Origin: Candidatus Poriferihabitaceae bacterium
Lineage (GTDB): Bacteria > Pseudomonadota > Gammaproteobacteria > Arenicellales > Poriferihabitantaceae
Assembly (NCBI GenBank): GCA_965206445.1
Contig: CBDBJR010000002.1
Span: 520,719 to 584,718, forward strand
Length of the DNA stretch: 64,000 bases
Reading direction: 5' to 3'
Position numbers and translations under genes: made by a program
Shown: one piece after another, positions 9,364 to 19,562 of the stretch
Layout of the letters: each line of letters starts with the position of its first letter
Position numbering within the stretch: the first letter of the stretch is position 1
The notes under the pieces: generated by a model
Databases searched by the model: none
What the model saw: only the letters and a program-made list of their open reading frames with translations
Told to the model about the DNA's origin: nothing

Positions 9364-10056
9364 CTACCACTCCAGGGCGTCGAGCGTAATGGATCTGATG
9401 TGATCCATCAGCTTATCGGAATGCTTCGCCGCGCTGTCGCCGTCGGCGTTGGCGATGGCCCGGGCCACCGCGGCATGACGCGCCGCGGTCGTGCGCAGGT
9501 CGGGCTGGCGCTGGTTGTGCATGAACCAAAACCGGCGCGACAGCCCGGCGACCAGCGCGATCGATTGGGTCAGAAATTTATTGCGCGCCGCCTGCACCAG
9601 CAGACGGTTGAATTCCTGGTCCAGCCGCATGAAGCGAATCGCATCACCCTGGCGCGCGCAGGCGGGCATCTCGCTGCCGATGCGGCGAAAGGCGGCGCGC
9701 TCCTGCACATTGGCCCGCTCGGCGGATTTGCGCGCCATCAGGCGCTCGATTTCCCGCCGCACCTCGAGCATCTGCAACTGTTCGCGCAGGTCCAGACTGG
9801 CCACCAGAATACCGCGGCGGGGCAACACCGTCACCAGCCCTTCCCGCCCCAGACGGTGCAGCGCCTCGCGCACCGGCGTACGGCCGATGCCCAGCAGCTG
9901 CGACAGCGCGAGCTCGGACAACACGGCGCCCGGCTTGAGCTCCAGCGTGACGATTTTCTCTTCGAGAATGCAGTACGCCTTTTCCGCGAGACTTGCCACC
10001 ACCCCCGGGGGTGTCGCGGTGAGTATGTGCAGGGAGGCGCTCACCGGGCCGGTCAA
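9364..10056 (-). CDS. GntR family transcriptional regulator (FadR/FCD type)
   Basis: N-terminal winged-HTH pattern LKPGAVLSELALSQLLGIGRTPVREALHRLGREGLV. It overlaps the panB stop by 4 nt. Confidence 0.8.
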   Translation of the reverse strand: MTGPVSASLHILTATPPGVVASLAEKAYCILEEKIVTLELKPGAVLSELALSQLLGIGRTPVREALHRLGREGLVTVLPRRGILVASLDLREQLQMLEVRREIERLMARKSAERANVQERAAFRRIGSEMPACARQGDAIRFMRLDQEFNRLLVQAARNKFLTQSIALVAGLSRRFWFMHNQRQPDLRTTAARHAAVARAIANADGDSAAKHSDKLMDHIRSITLDALEW

Positions 10057-10919
10057 TGTTGCACCCGATGTTCGAGCATGTTGCGAAACTGCTCCACCGC
10101 CTCATCATCGGCGCCGTAGCTGTGCTCCGCATCCGGGAAGGTGCCGGCCTTGACTTCCTCGACATAGCGCCGCAGGCCGCTGACCGCCGTTTCGGTCAGG
10201 TTGGCGTAGCGCTTGGTGAAGCGCGGTTTGAAATCCGTGAACACGCCGAGCAGATCGTAGGACAGCAGAATCTGGCCGTCGGTGCCGGCGCCGGCACCGA
10301 TGCCGATGGTGGGGATCTCCAACTGCTGCGAGATCAGCGCCGCCATCGGCGCCGGTACCGCTTCGAATTCGACCATGAAACAGCCGGCGTCCTGAATCGC
10401 CAGCGCATCTTCGAGAATGCGCATCGCGGCGGCGGCGGTTTGCCCCTGGGTTTTGAAGCCGCCGAAGACGGCGATGGTATGCGGCGTCAGCCCGATATGC
10501 GAGGCCGTGGGAATGCCGGCATCCACCAGCGCCTTCAGGATATGCGCCTGGGATTTGCCGCCCTGCGGTTTGACGGCGTCACACGCCGCCGCCTGCATAA
10601 ACCGCGCGGCGTTGGCCAGCGCCCGGTCGACGGTATGGTAGCTCTGGTACGGCATACAGCCGAGCACAAAGGTATTGGCCGCACCGCGCCGCACCGCCTG
10701 GGCGTGCAGCACCATCATGTCCATCGTTGCCGGAATAGTCGAGCTGTGGCCGTGGGCCACCATGGCGAGGCTGTCGCCGACGACGCAGACGTCCACGCCG
10801 GCCATTTCAGCCCAGCGCGCCGACGTGTAATCGGGCACCGACGTATAGGCCATTTTCTCGCCGTTGACTTTGGATTGCCGGATTTCGGTAATCGTGCGCT
10901 TGGGTTTCTGGGTTGACAT
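10053..10919 (-). CDS. panB: 3-methyl-2-oxobutanoate hydroxymethyltransferase
   Basis: Conserved PanB blocks VGDSLAMV.HGH.ST, KPQGG and HIGLTPH. The start is set at ATG 10919 (MSTQKPK) rather than the upstream extension of the ORF. Confidence 0.85.
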   Translation of the reverse strand: MSTQKPKRTITEIRQSKVNGEKMAYTSVPDYTSARWAEMAGVDVCVVGDSLAMVAHGHSSTIPATMDMMVLHAQAVRRGAANTFVLGCMPYQSYHTVDRALANAARFMQAAACDAVKPQGGKSQAHILKALVDAGIPTASHIGLTPHTIAVFGGFKTQGQTAAAAMRILEDALAIQDAGCFMVEFEAVPAPMAALISQQLEIPTIGIGAGAGTDGQILLSYDLLGVFTDFKPRFTKRYANLTETAVSGLRRYVEEVKAGTFPDAEHSYGADDEAVEQFRNMLEHRVQH

Positions 10920-11001
10920 TGAGCGTTTCCGGTTGCAACCGGCCAGGGATGCAGCGCGCCGATTGCGCGGCGGGCAGCGTAAACCAGGGCCGTATAGCGG
11001 T

Positions 11002-11083
11002 ATGCATATTACGGCATGCATATTACGGCATGCATATTACGGCATGCATATTACGGCATGCATATTACGGCATGCATATTACT
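11002..11083. repeat. 14-bp tandem repeat, ~5.8 copies (atgcatattacggc)
   Basis: Perfect head-to-tail copies read directly from the sequence. Each unit carries the palindrome ATGCAT. The array lies ~85 nt upstream of the panB start. Confidence 0.95.
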
Positions 11084-11194
11084 TTGGCCATGATATATAT
11101 GCAAGTGATATAAATGTTGTATTTTACTTATATATCAATTAAATTTCAGCCCTAAGCTATCTTAATCTATCTATCGCCCCGATTTCGCGGGGCA

Positions 11195-11533
11195 TTGAGC
11201 GCCATGAAACGCTACCGGGGAGATCGCACCATTGACGGTATTGTCGTACTGGTTGACGACCGGCCGCTGGATCAGCGGCTGGATTTGCAGCAGTTTTCCG
11301 ATAACGGCTTTGAGTGGACCTACGAAGGCGCCGCGCCGCGTCAACTCGCGCTGGCGCTGCTGGCCGAGCATCTCGGCGCGGATACAGCGCGCGCGGTGCG
11401 CCTCAGCGACGCATTCATGCGCCATGTCGTGGCCGGGCTCGGCAACACCTGGGAGCTGACCGGCGAGCAGATCGACGCGGCGCTGCGGGCAATCGACCCG
11501 GCCGCCGACAACCCGCCCACCACCGAAAATTGA
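11195..11533 (+). CDS. Hypothetical protein (112 aa)
   Basis: ORF with backbone-like composition. No motif recognised. Confidence 0.4.
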   Translation: MSAMKRYRGDRTIDGIVVLVDDRPLDQRLDLQQFSDNGFEWTYEGAAPRQLALALLAEHLGADTARAVRLSDAFMRHVVAGLGNTWELTGEQIDAALRAIDPAADNPPTTEN

Positions 11534-11545
11534 CCGCACCCATCG

Positions 11546-11797
11546 ATGCCGCCCCTGCTTAAAGCCGCATTGTCTATCGCCGCCCTGCTGGTCTGCCTGG
11601 CGCTTTTTTCCTACGACCTGCGCCACGATGCGGGGCCGGAAAAATGGATCGCCCTGCTGCTCGGGCCGCTGATGGTGTTCGGCATCTGGATTTTCCCCGA
11701 AGCCTCGGCGAAAGAGATTCGCCGGCAGGCGGCGGACAAGCGCTCGACCAACAAATGCGCGGTGAACAAATGCTCAGTGAAAGATTACACGAATTAA
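11546..11797 (+). CDS. Small membrane protein (hypothetical)
   Basis: 83 aa with two hydrophobic helices. Weak support. Confidence 0.3.
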   Translation: MPPLLKAALSIAALLVCLALFSYDLRHDAGPEKWIALLLGPLMVFGIWIFPEASAKEIRRQAADKRSTNKCAVNKCSVKDYTN

Positions 11798-11883
11798 CCC
11801 GCCTGCGCCGCCGTACTATCGGTACGCACCGGCACCGGCACCGAATCACAATCAACCATCAATCAACCATGAGGAACCTGACC

Positions 11884-12957
11884 ATGAAATATCCCCATAG
11901 CAAACACCTGTATCGCACCCTGCTCGCGCGGGCCGCTGTCGGCGCGTCGCTGGTCCTGGCCATCAGTACCGTCGCATCGGCCGAGGTGGAGCACAAATGG
12001 AAGATGACCAGCGCCTGGAGCGGCGGCCCGCTGCATGAGCTCGCCGCCAAGGGGTTCGCCAACCGGGTCGAGCTCTTGACCGACGGGCGCATCGAGATCG
12101 ACGTGTTTCCGGCCGGCACGCTGGGCGAATCGTTCAAGGTAACGGAAACGGTGCGCAACGGCATTGCCCAGGTCGGCCACCACTGGCCCGGCTACGACTG
12201 GGGCAAAGACACCACCGCGGTGGTGTTCGGCAGCTTCGCCGGCAGCATGGATTCCGAGCGCATCCTGCACTGGATTTACGAAGGCGACGGGCTGGCGCTC
12301 TGGCGCCAATGGCGGCAAGAGAAGTTCGGCGTCGTCGGGCTGCCGTGCGGCATCCGCACCGCCGAGGCATTTCTGCATTCGCGCAAAGCCGTCCGCACAC
12401 TGGCAGACCTCAAGGGCCTGAAACTGCGCACCGCCGGCGCCTGGCAGGAAATCTCGAAAAACCTCGGTGCGTCACCGGTCAGCCTGCCCGGCGGCGAGGT
12501 CTTCACCTCGCTGGAACGCGGCGCCATTGACGCCACCGAATGGGGCACGCTGTACGAAAACATTACCCCCGGTTTCCACAAAATCGCCAAATACGTCATC
12601 ATCCCCGGCGTGCATCAGCCGTCCGCGCCGTTTGAATGCGTCATCAGCAACACCGCCTGGGACGCGCTGTCGGAGCGCGACCGGGAGCTGGTGGCATTGG
12701 CGGCCAAAATGACCACCCTCGATTTCTGGATGCGGGTCGGGCACGAAGACGCCAAAGCGCTGGTGTTTTACCAGGATGCCGGCAACGAAATTATCGAGCT
12801 GGACGAATCCGTACAAAAACAGGTCAAGGTGATGGCCGATGCCTGGGCCGACGAACAGGCCGCCAAAAACCCCTGGTTCAAAAAGGCATGGGAGCACCAG
12901 CAGGGATACGAAGTACTGTGGAAAAACGCCGCGCGCTATCGCAACATCAAACGCTGA
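11884..12957 (+). CDS. TRAP transporter substrate-binding protein (DctP family)
   Basis: Signal peptide (MKYPHSKHLYRTLLARAAVGASLVLAISTVASA), followed by DctQ- and DctM-like genes. The start is chosen at ATG 11884 after aggaa; ATG 11869 is also possible. Confidence 0.8.
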   Translation: MKYPHSKHLYRTLLARAAVGASLVLAISTVASAEVEHKWKMTSAWSGGPLHELAAKGFANRVELLTDGRIEIDVFPAGTLGESFKVTETVRNGIAQVGHHWPGYDWGKDTTAVVFGSFAGSMDSERILHWIYEGDGLALWRQWRQEKFGVVGLPCGIRTAEAFLHSRKAVRTLADLKGLKLRTAGAWQEISKNLGASPVSLPGGEVFTSLERGAIDATEWGTLYENITPGFHKIAKYVIIPGVHQPSAPFECVISNTAWDALSERDRELVALAAKMTTLDFWMRVGHEDAKALVFYQDAGNEIIELDESVQKQVKVMADAWADEQAAKNPWFKKAWEHQQGYEVLWKNAARYRNIKR

Positions 12958-12974
12958 GTTAGCGCGCGTTTCCC

Positions 12975-13490
12975 ATGGCCCGGCTGATGGTGCGGCTGAT
13001 CGAGCGCCTCACCGGCGGCGCCGGCCTGCTGGCCTGCTGGCTGGTGGTGCTGCTGGTGACGGCCACCTGCTACGAAGTGTTCTCGCGCTACGTGCTGAAC
13101 GACCCGACGCTGTGGGCCTACGAAGTCGGGTATATGGCCACCGGCACCAACTTCATGCTCGGCATGGCCTATACCCTGCGCGAACGCGGACACATTCGGA
13201 TCGACGTCCTCTACAGCCGGTTCAGCGTCCGCACCCGCGCCGTGATCGACCTGGTCGGCATGGTTGTTTTTATGCTGCCGACGGCGTTCTGGCTGACGCT
13301 CATGCTGTGGGGCTATGCGTACGACGCCTGGCAGCTCGGCGAAACCACCGGTGAATCGGCATGGAATCCGGTGGTCTGGCCGTTTCGCACGACGTTTTTC
13401 CTCGGCTTCGCCCTGCTCAGTCTGCAAGGCGTGGCCGAGGTGTTGAAAACGCTGCGGGTGCTGGCCGATACCCCCTCGGCACGGGCCTGA
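12975..13490 (+). CDS. dctQ: TRAP transporter small permease (DctQ family)
   Basis: 171 aa, 4 TM helices, positioned between the SBP and large permease genes. Confidence 0.8.
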   Translation: MARLMVRLIERLTGGAGLLACWLVVLLVTATCYEVFSRYVLNDPTLWAYEVGYMATGTNFMLGMAYTLRERGHIRIDVLYSRFSVRTRAVIDLVGMVVFMLPTAFWLTLMLWGYAYDAWQLGETTGESAWNPVVWPFRTTFFLGFALLSLQGVAEVLKTLRVLADTPSARA

Positions 13491-13493
13491 CGG

Positions 13494-14816
13494 ATGGGCG
13501 AATATTTTGCCCTGCTGATGTTCCCCGCGGTGCTGCTGGCGGTATTTCTGGGCATCCCGGTGGCCTTCTCGCTGATGGGGGTGGCGCTGTTTTTCGGCCT
13601 GATCACGTTCGACGCCGTGGTTATTTTTCAGTTCATCCAGAAGGTCGAGAGCGTGTCGTCGAATTTTGTGCTCGCCGCCGTGCCGCTGTTCATTTTCATG
13701 GGCGCAATGATGGAGCGCTCCGGCATCGCCGAGCGTTTGTTCGAGGCCATCCACCTGTGGACGCGCCGCCTGCCGGGCGGGCTGGCGCTTGGCACCGTGA
13801 TCATGTGCGTCATCTTCGCGGCCTCATCGGGCGTAATCGGCGCCACCGAAACCGTGGTCGGGCTGCTGGCGATCCCGGTGATGATGAAGTACGCCTACGA
13901 CAAGGGTCTGATTGCCGGCACCATCTGCGCCGGCGGCTCGCTGGGCACAATCATCCCGCCGTCGGTGGTGGTCGTGGTGCTGGGGCCGGTGGCCGATGTC
14001 TCGGTTGGCGATCTGTTCGTCGGCATGGTGTTCCCCGGCATGATCATGGCGTCGGCGTATCTGCTCTATATTCTCATCCGCTGCCTGCTCGACCCGGCCG
14101 CCGGCCCGCGCATCCCGCCGGCCGCCGACGACCCTCCGCTGGCGGCCCGACTGCGCATCACGGCGGTTGCGCTGCTGCCACCGATCACGCTGATTTGCAC
14201 CGTGCTGGGCTCGATCATGTTCGGCTGGGCGGCGCCGACCGAAGCGGCCGGCATGGGGGCGATGGGGTCGGTGGTGCTGACGGTGCTCTACCGCACCTTT
14301 TCGCTGGCCACACTGCAACAGGCGCTACTGAAAACCCTCAAGGTCACCTGCATGATTATGCTGATTCTGCTCGCCGGCAGTCTGTTCTCAGGCGTGTTTA
14401 TTGCCGCCGGCGGCGTGGCCGTCACCGAGCGCCTGCTGCAAGGCGCAAACCTGGGGCCGTGGGCGATGCTGATCCTGTTTCTGGCGATATTCTTTGTCGT
14501 CGGCTTTTTCCTGGACTGGATCTCGATACTGTTGATCTTCATCCCGGTGTTTATCCCGCTGGTCACCGGCATGGGATTCGACCCGGTATGGTTCTGCGTC
14601 CTCTTTCTGATCATGATTCAGACCAGCTATCTGACGCCGCCAATGGCGCCCGCGATCTTTTATCTGCGCGGCATCAGCCCGCCGGAAATCACGCTGGGGC
14701 ACATGTTTCGCGGCGTGATTCCGTTTATCATTTTGCAGCTGATCACGCTGGCCGTGGTGATGGCGTTTCCGCAAATCGTGCTGTGGCTGCCGTCGAAATT
14801 GTTGGGCTTTGCATGA
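13494..14816 (+). CDS. dctM: TRAP transporter large permease (DctM family)
   Basis: 440 aa polytopic membrane protein in the canonical operon position. Confidence 0.85.
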   Translation: MGEYFALLMFPAVLLAVFLGIPVAFSLMGVALFFGLITFDAVVIFQFIQKVESVSSNFVLAAVPLFIFMGAMMERSGIAERLFEAIHLWTRRLPGGLALGTVIMCVIFAASSGVIGATETVVGLLAIPVMMKYAYDKGLIAGTICAGGSLGTIIPPSVVVVVLGPVADVSVGDLFVGMVFPGMIMASAYLLYILIRCLLDPAAGPRIPPAADDPPLAARLRITAVALLPPITLICTVLGSIMFGWAAPTEAAGMGAMGSVVLTVLYRTFSLATLQQALLKTLKVTCMIMLILLAGSLFSGVFIAAGGVAVTERLLQGANLGPWAMLILFLAIFFVVGFFLDWISILLIFIPVFIPLVTGMGFDPVWFCVLFLIMIQTSYLTPPMAPAIFYLRGISPPEITLGHMFRGVIPFIILQLITLAVVMAFPQIVLWLPSKLLGFA

Positions 14817-14822
14817 GCCCAC

Positions 14823-14933
14823 CGCCGCCTTCGGCGGGAATTATGCCGCCTACGGCGGGAATTAGGAATTAGGAATGAAATCCGCCTGCGGCGGGAATTA
14901 GGAATTAGGAATTAGGAATTAGGAATTAGGAAA
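14823..14933. repeat. Three GC hairpins (ccgccNNcggcgg), each followed by tandem ggaatta heptamers (2.5 and 5.5 copies)
   Basis: Read directly: ccgccttcggcgg, ccgcctacggcgg and ccgcctgcggcgg, then (ggaatta)n. Located just after the dctM stop. Confidence 0.9.
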
Positions 14934-14984
14934 CCCGATGCTGAGGCGTAAATGCCAACGTAGCCATTCTCGAGGAGGTTCATT

Positions 14985-15893
14985 ATGACACCGGAAGCAA
15001 TTTTGTCGTATCCGCCGCGTATTTTGACTCAGGTCCAGCGCGAGCACTATTTCACTCAGGGTTATGTCGCGGTTGACAGTCTGGTGCCTGTTGCGCTCTT
15101 GACTGAGCTCAATCGGGTAACTGATGCGTTTGTCGACGCCAGCCGTACCGAAACCTGCTCCGGGCAACGGTTCGATCTCGGGCCCGGGCACTCCTCGGAC
15201 AAACCGGTGATCAGGCGCCTGAAGCGGCCTGACGAACAGCACGACGCCTATTGGCGCTTTGCCAGCGGCATCATGGCCGACGTGGCCGCCGATCTGGCCG
15301 GCCCGGATGTGGTGTTTCACCACTCCAAGCTGAACTTTAAGTGGTTCGACCACAGTGACGCCGTCCGCTGGCACCAGGACATCCAGTTTTTCCCGCACAC
15401 TAACTATCAGGTCTTCACCATCGGCTGTTATCTCACCGACACCGACCTGTCGAACGGGCCGCTGGCGGTGCTTCCGGGCAGCCATAACGGGCCGCTGTAC
15501 AACCTGTACGCGCCCGACGGCAACTGGGCCGGGTGCCTGAACGATGACGATGCGGGCAAAATTGACGCCTCGAAAGCCGTCCATCTGACCGGGCCGGCGG
15601 GCTCGATTACGGTGCACAACTGCCGCACGCTGCACTGTTCACCGCCGAGCAAAGCGCCGCAGCCGCGACCGCTGCTGCTCAATTGCTATACCGCCGCCGA
15701 CGCCAAAGCCTATACGCCGCACCCCGACCTGTCGCCCCACGCCGGCGAGGTGGTGCGCGGCAAACCGGCGCAGTGGGCGCAGCATGACCACCGCCCGTGC
15801 CTGATTCCGCCCGACTGGTCGGCCGGGTATACGTCGATTTTCGCCGCGCAGGCCGGGGAGCAGACCGGGGAGCAGGCCGAAAACCGGCCATAA
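14985..15893 (+). CDS. Phytanoyl-CoA dioxygenase (PhyH) family Fe(II)/2OG oxygenase
   Basis: WHQD (HxD) iron-binding motif and a distal H in GSITVHNCRTLH. Confidence 0.75.
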   Translation: MTPEAILSYPPRILTQVQREHYFTQGYVAVDSLVPVALLTELNRVTDAFVDASRTETCSGQRFDLGPGHSSDKPVIRRLKRPDEQHDAYWRFASGIMADVAADLAGPDVVFHHSKLNFKWFDHSDAVRWHQDIQFFPHTNYQVFTIGCYLTDTDLSNGPLAVLPGSHNGPLYNLYAPDGNWAGCLNDDDAGKIDASKAVHLTGPAGSITVHNCRTLHCSPPSKAPQPRPLLLNCYTAADAKAYTPHPDLSPHAGEVVRGKPAQWAQHDHRPCLIPPDWSAGYTSIFAAQAGEQTGEQAENRP

Positions 15894-16358
15894 CCGCCGC
15901 CGCGGCGAGCAGAAATCCCCGCCCGGGCATAACCGCACCCCACCCGCGAACGGCCGGACGCCGGGGGCGGGCGCCGCCATTCGGATAAGCAACGCCGACC
16001 CTGTTGCGGGCCGGAGCGCTACGCAGGGCGGCCAGCGGGCGTCAACCGCAATGACGCCCGCCCGCATAAAGCGATACCGCCCATCCGAAACCCGCTTCCG
16101 ATGGGGACACTTCGGACCGTCAGCCCGACAACAACCCCAGCGCGCACCGGCGCTGCAATCCCCGCTGCAATCCCGGCCCACCAAACACCCCGGGCGCCTT
16201 GTCGTATGGGCATACAGGAACTTACGCCGGTCAAAAAATGATAGTATTTGACCCCATCCAGATGCCGCACAACCGGCGTGTGCACACGGCCCGGCAAACC
16301 GCGGCGCAGGGTGCCGGCCACCACGCGCATCCGGGCCGCCACTACCCATCACAAACCC

Positions 16359-18332
16359 ATGCAGCAGAACAAATTCACCTGGATCACCAATTTTATCTGG
16401 GGCATCGCCGACGCGACGCTGAGAGATGTTTCCAATAAGGGCAAGTACCGCGATGTGATCCTGCCGATGGCCGTGCTGCGGCGCTTTGACGTCGTGCTGG
16501 AGGAAAGCAAGCAGGCGGTTCTGGAACAAAAAACCTCACTCGACCACGCCGGCGTGGTGGAGCAGGAACAGGCGCTGCGCCAGGCCGCCGGGCAGGCTTT
16601 CTATAACACCTCGAAGTTTACGCTGCGCGACCTGCATGCGCGCGGCAGACAGGCGCAGCTCAAAGCCGACTTTGAAGACTATCTGGATGGCTTCTCGCAC
16701 AATGTGCAGGACATCCTGAACAATTTTGAATTCCGCAATCGGATCCCCCGACTGGTTAAAGCCGATGCGCTGGGGACGCTGATTGAAAAATTCCTTTCGC
16801 CGGAAATCAACCTGGGCCCAAAACCGGTGCTCAACGGCGACGGCTCGGTTAAACATCCGGGCCTCGACAATCACGCCATGGGCACGATTTTTGAAGAACT
16901 GGTACGCCGTTTCAACGAAGACAACAACGAAGAGGCGGGCGAGCACTGGACCCCGCGCGACGCCGTCGAGCTGATGGCCCGCTTGATCTTTCTGCCGATT
17001 GCCGATGACATCAAATCCAGCACCTATTTGCTGTACGACGGCGCCTGCGGCACCGGCGGTATGCTGACCGTGGCCGAGGAAACGCTGCAACGTCTGGCCA
17101 AAGAGCGCAACAAGCAGGTGTCGATCCATCTCTACGGCCAGGAAATCAACGCCGAAACCTACGCCATCTGCAAAGCCGACCTGCTGCTCAAGGGCGAGGG
17201 CGAGGCGGCGGACAATATCGTCGGCGGCTCCGAGCATTCCACGCTTTCCAACGACGCCTTCCCGTCACACGAGTTTGACTTCATGCTCAGCAATCCCCCG
17301 TACGGCAAGGATTGGAAAGTCGATTTGGAACGCATGGGCGGCAAGCGCGACCTCAACGACCCGCGCTTTATAGTTGAGCACAACGGCGATAATGCGTATT
17401 CGCTGGTCACCCGATCGAGTGACGGCCAGATGCTCTTCCTCGCCAACCTGCTGTCGAAGATGAAGCGCAATACAAAACTCGGCAGCCGCCTCGCCGAGGT
17501 GCACAACGGCAGCTCCCTGTTCACCGGTGACGCCGGCCAGGGCGAGAGCAACATCCGCCGCTGGATGATCGAAAACGATTGGCTCGAAGCCATTGTCGCC
17601 CTGCCGCTCAACCTGTTTTACAACACCGGCATCGCCACCTACATCTGGGTGCTGACCAACCGCAAACCCGAACACCGCCGGGGCAAAGTGCAGCTCATCA
17701 ACGCCACCGAGTGGTACCGACCACTGCGCAAAAACCTGGGCAAGAAAAACTGCGAGCTGGGCGAGGATGATATTCAACGCATCTGCGATGCATTTCTTGG
17801 CTTCAAGGAAACCGAGCAGAGCAAAATCTTCGATAACCGGGCTTTCGGCTACTGGAAAGTCACTGTGGAGCGGCCATTGCGCATTGCGGGTGCTGATTCT
17901 GACCGTGTCTGCAAGGCTGCTGAGATTAAGAAACTCAAGGAGGAAGGTGCCCGTAGCGAGGATGCTCGGCCTGTTGTCAGGAAGATACATAAACAGGGCA
18001 CCGTGCCTGACCCGCTGCGCGGTCTGTTTGCAGCGACTATCAACGGCAAGCCCGCCGTGGTAGAGTACGAACCCGACACCGACCTGCGCGACACCGAGCA
18101 GATTCCGCTGCTGGAAGAGGGTGGGATTGCGGCGTTTCTTGAGCGTGAAGTGTTGCCCTATGCTGCTGATGCGTGGTATGTTGAAGATAGCGTCAAGATT
18201 GGGTATGAGATCAGTTTTACTCGTTATTTTTATAAGCCGCAGCCGATGCGGACGCTGGAAGAAATCCGGGCGGATATTCTGGCATTGGAAGGCGAAACCG
18301 AGGGGCTGTTGTGCAAAATCATTGATGGATAG
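16359..18332 (+). CDS. hsdM: Type I restriction-modification system, methyltransferase subunit
   Basis: HsdM N-terminal pattern (NFIWGIAD.LRD), AdoMet motif LYDGACGTGGML and catalytic NPPYG. The start is at ATG 16359. Confidence 0.9.
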   Translation: MQQNKFTWITNFIWGIADATLRDVSNKGKYRDVILPMAVLRRFDVVLEESKQAVLEQKTSLDHAGVVEQEQALRQAAGQAFYNTSKFTLRDLHARGRQAQLKADFEDYLDGFSHNVQDILNNFEFRNRIPRLVKADALGTLIEKFLSPEINLGPKPVLNGDGSVKHPGLDNHAMGTIFEELVRRFNEDNNEEAGEHWTPRDAVELMARLIFLPIADDIKSSTYLLYDGACGTGGMLTVAEETLQRLAKERNKQVSIHLYGQEINAETYAICKADLLLKGEGEAADNIVGGSEHSTLSNDAFPSHEFDFMLSNPPYGKDWKVDLERMGGKRDLNDPRFIVEHNGDNAYSLVTRSSDGQMLFLANLLSKMKRNTKLGSRLAEVHNGSSLFTGDAGQGESNIRRWMIENDWLEAIVALPLNLFYNTGIATYIWVLTNRKPEHRRGKVQLINATEWYRPLRKNLGKKNCELGEDDIQRICDAFLGFKETEQSKIFDNRAFGYWKVTVERPLRIAGADSDRVCKAAEIKKLKEEGARSEDARPVVRKIHKQGTVPDPLRGLFAATINGKPAVVEYEPDTDLRDTEQIPLLEEGGIAAFLEREVLPYAADAWYVEDSVKIGYEISFTRYFYKPQPMRTLEEIRADILALEGETEGLLCKIIDG

Positions 18333-18396
18333 CGATCCGCTTATGGAGAATAAGGATATTAAAGAGTGGTAGATAGCTTTGTATTAAGCTAGAATT

Positions 18397-18426
18397 TTGA
18401 CTATGCTCATTTGCTTGTTGTACAAT
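18397..18426 (+). promoter_or_regulatory. Candidate sigma70 promoter for the DUF262 cassette
   Basis: -35 TTGACT (18397-18402), 18-nt spacer, -10 TACAAT (18421-18426). It lies ~40 nt upstream of ATG 18468. Confidence 0.4.
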
Positions 18427-18467
18427 AAAATTTGATACAGATTAAACGAGGGCTAAAAGGTGACATC

Positions 18468-19562
18468 ATGAATAAACCAGAAAATCTTAAATATATTGAG
18501 GAACAAACGTACATAGAAGATAGCAGTCCAGAGATACCGCCTCCTGACGTTGTCGCATACAATGAACTCCGGTCGTGTGCGGACCTCCATCGCATGGAGA
18601 CAAGTGGAATATTGAATATTCAACCTGAATTCCAACGCGAACTTGTATGGAAAAAGCCAGCTCAGACAAGATTTATCGATTCGCTAATTAAACAGCTTCC
18701 TATTCCAAGCATGTGCTTCAGTCTTGATTTTAAAGAACAAAAGTGGCAGGTAATCGATGGTCTCCAGAGAATGTCAGCAATTTGTAGTTTCCTTTCTGGA
18801 GAGCCGTGGAAATTATCACGTCTTGATGATATAGATAAAAAGATTTCAGGTCAGTCAGTCTCAGCTTTTCATAGTGATACATCTGATCTCCACCAATACT
18901 TGACTCGTGTTCAAAACCTGGCTCTCCCAATTACAGTAATACGGTGCGATTACTCTAATCAGTTGCATACCTATTATTTATTCACCATCTTTCATAGACT
19001 CAACACAGGAGGAATGAAGCTAAACAATCAAGAAATTCGGAACTGTATTTACTCAGGAGAACTGAATAATCTCTTAAAAAAGCTTGATCAATATCCGGAT
19101 TGGAAACGATTAAACCGTATTAAAAAGACAGTCGTATATCGATTCTCAAAACAGGAGCTTATTCTTCGCTTATTTGCATTTCACGATTCGTACAGGTCAT
19201 ACAATGGTCGATTGGCAAGTTTTTTAAACGAGTATATGAACAAGTATCGCAACTTACCAGAGAAGAAGAAAAATAAGAAACAAGACCTTTTTTGCCGCAC
19301 TGTAAATATAGTATACAGAAAGATATTCGAAGGAACTCCGCCACAGAAGCAATCTTTGTCCGTATTAGAAGCCTTACTTGTTGGTGTCTCTTTTAATCTG
19401 GATTATTTGGAGGCCATACCAAAAACAAAAATTATAAAACTGTACAAAGATCTTCTTAAACATGAAGAATTTTCGGAAGGAAAACTTATTGAGGGCCTCT
19501 CTGGCAAGCCACGAGTAATTGGTCGAATTGAAGCTGCACGTACGATATTTTCTGAAAAATGA
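18468..19562 (+). CDS. DUF262 (ParB-like/GmrSD N-terminal type) domain protein
   Basis: QPEFQRELVW and DGLQRM motifs (DUF262 FQR...W and DGQQR). No DUF1524/HNH tail. AT-rich. RBS aaaggtg. Confidence 0.75.
   Translation: MNKPENLKYIEEQTYIEDSSPEIPPPDVVAYNELRSCADLHRMETSGILNIQPEFQRELVWKKPAQTRFIDSLIKQLPIPSMCFSLDFKEQKWQVIDGLQRMSAICSFLSGEPWKLSRLDDIDKKISGQSVSAFHSDTSDLHQYLTRVQNLALPITVIRCDYSNQLHTYYLFTIFHRLNTGGMKLNNQEIRNCIYSGELNNLLKKLDQYPDWKRLNRIKKTVVYRFSKQELILRLFAFHDSYRSYNGRLASFLNEYMNKYRNLPEKKKNKKQDLFCRTVNIVYRKIFEGTPPQKQSLSVLEALLVGVSFNLDYLEAIPKTKIIKLYKDLLKHEEFSEGKLIEGLSGKPRVIGRIEAARTIFSEK

Noticed and set aside
16230-16260. Possible attL-type partial repeat of the tRNA-Ser 3' end at the left island border (gtatttgaccccatcc versus ggatttgaacccacg)
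   Set aside because: Only a short, gapped resemblance of about 10 nt, which is within chance expectation.
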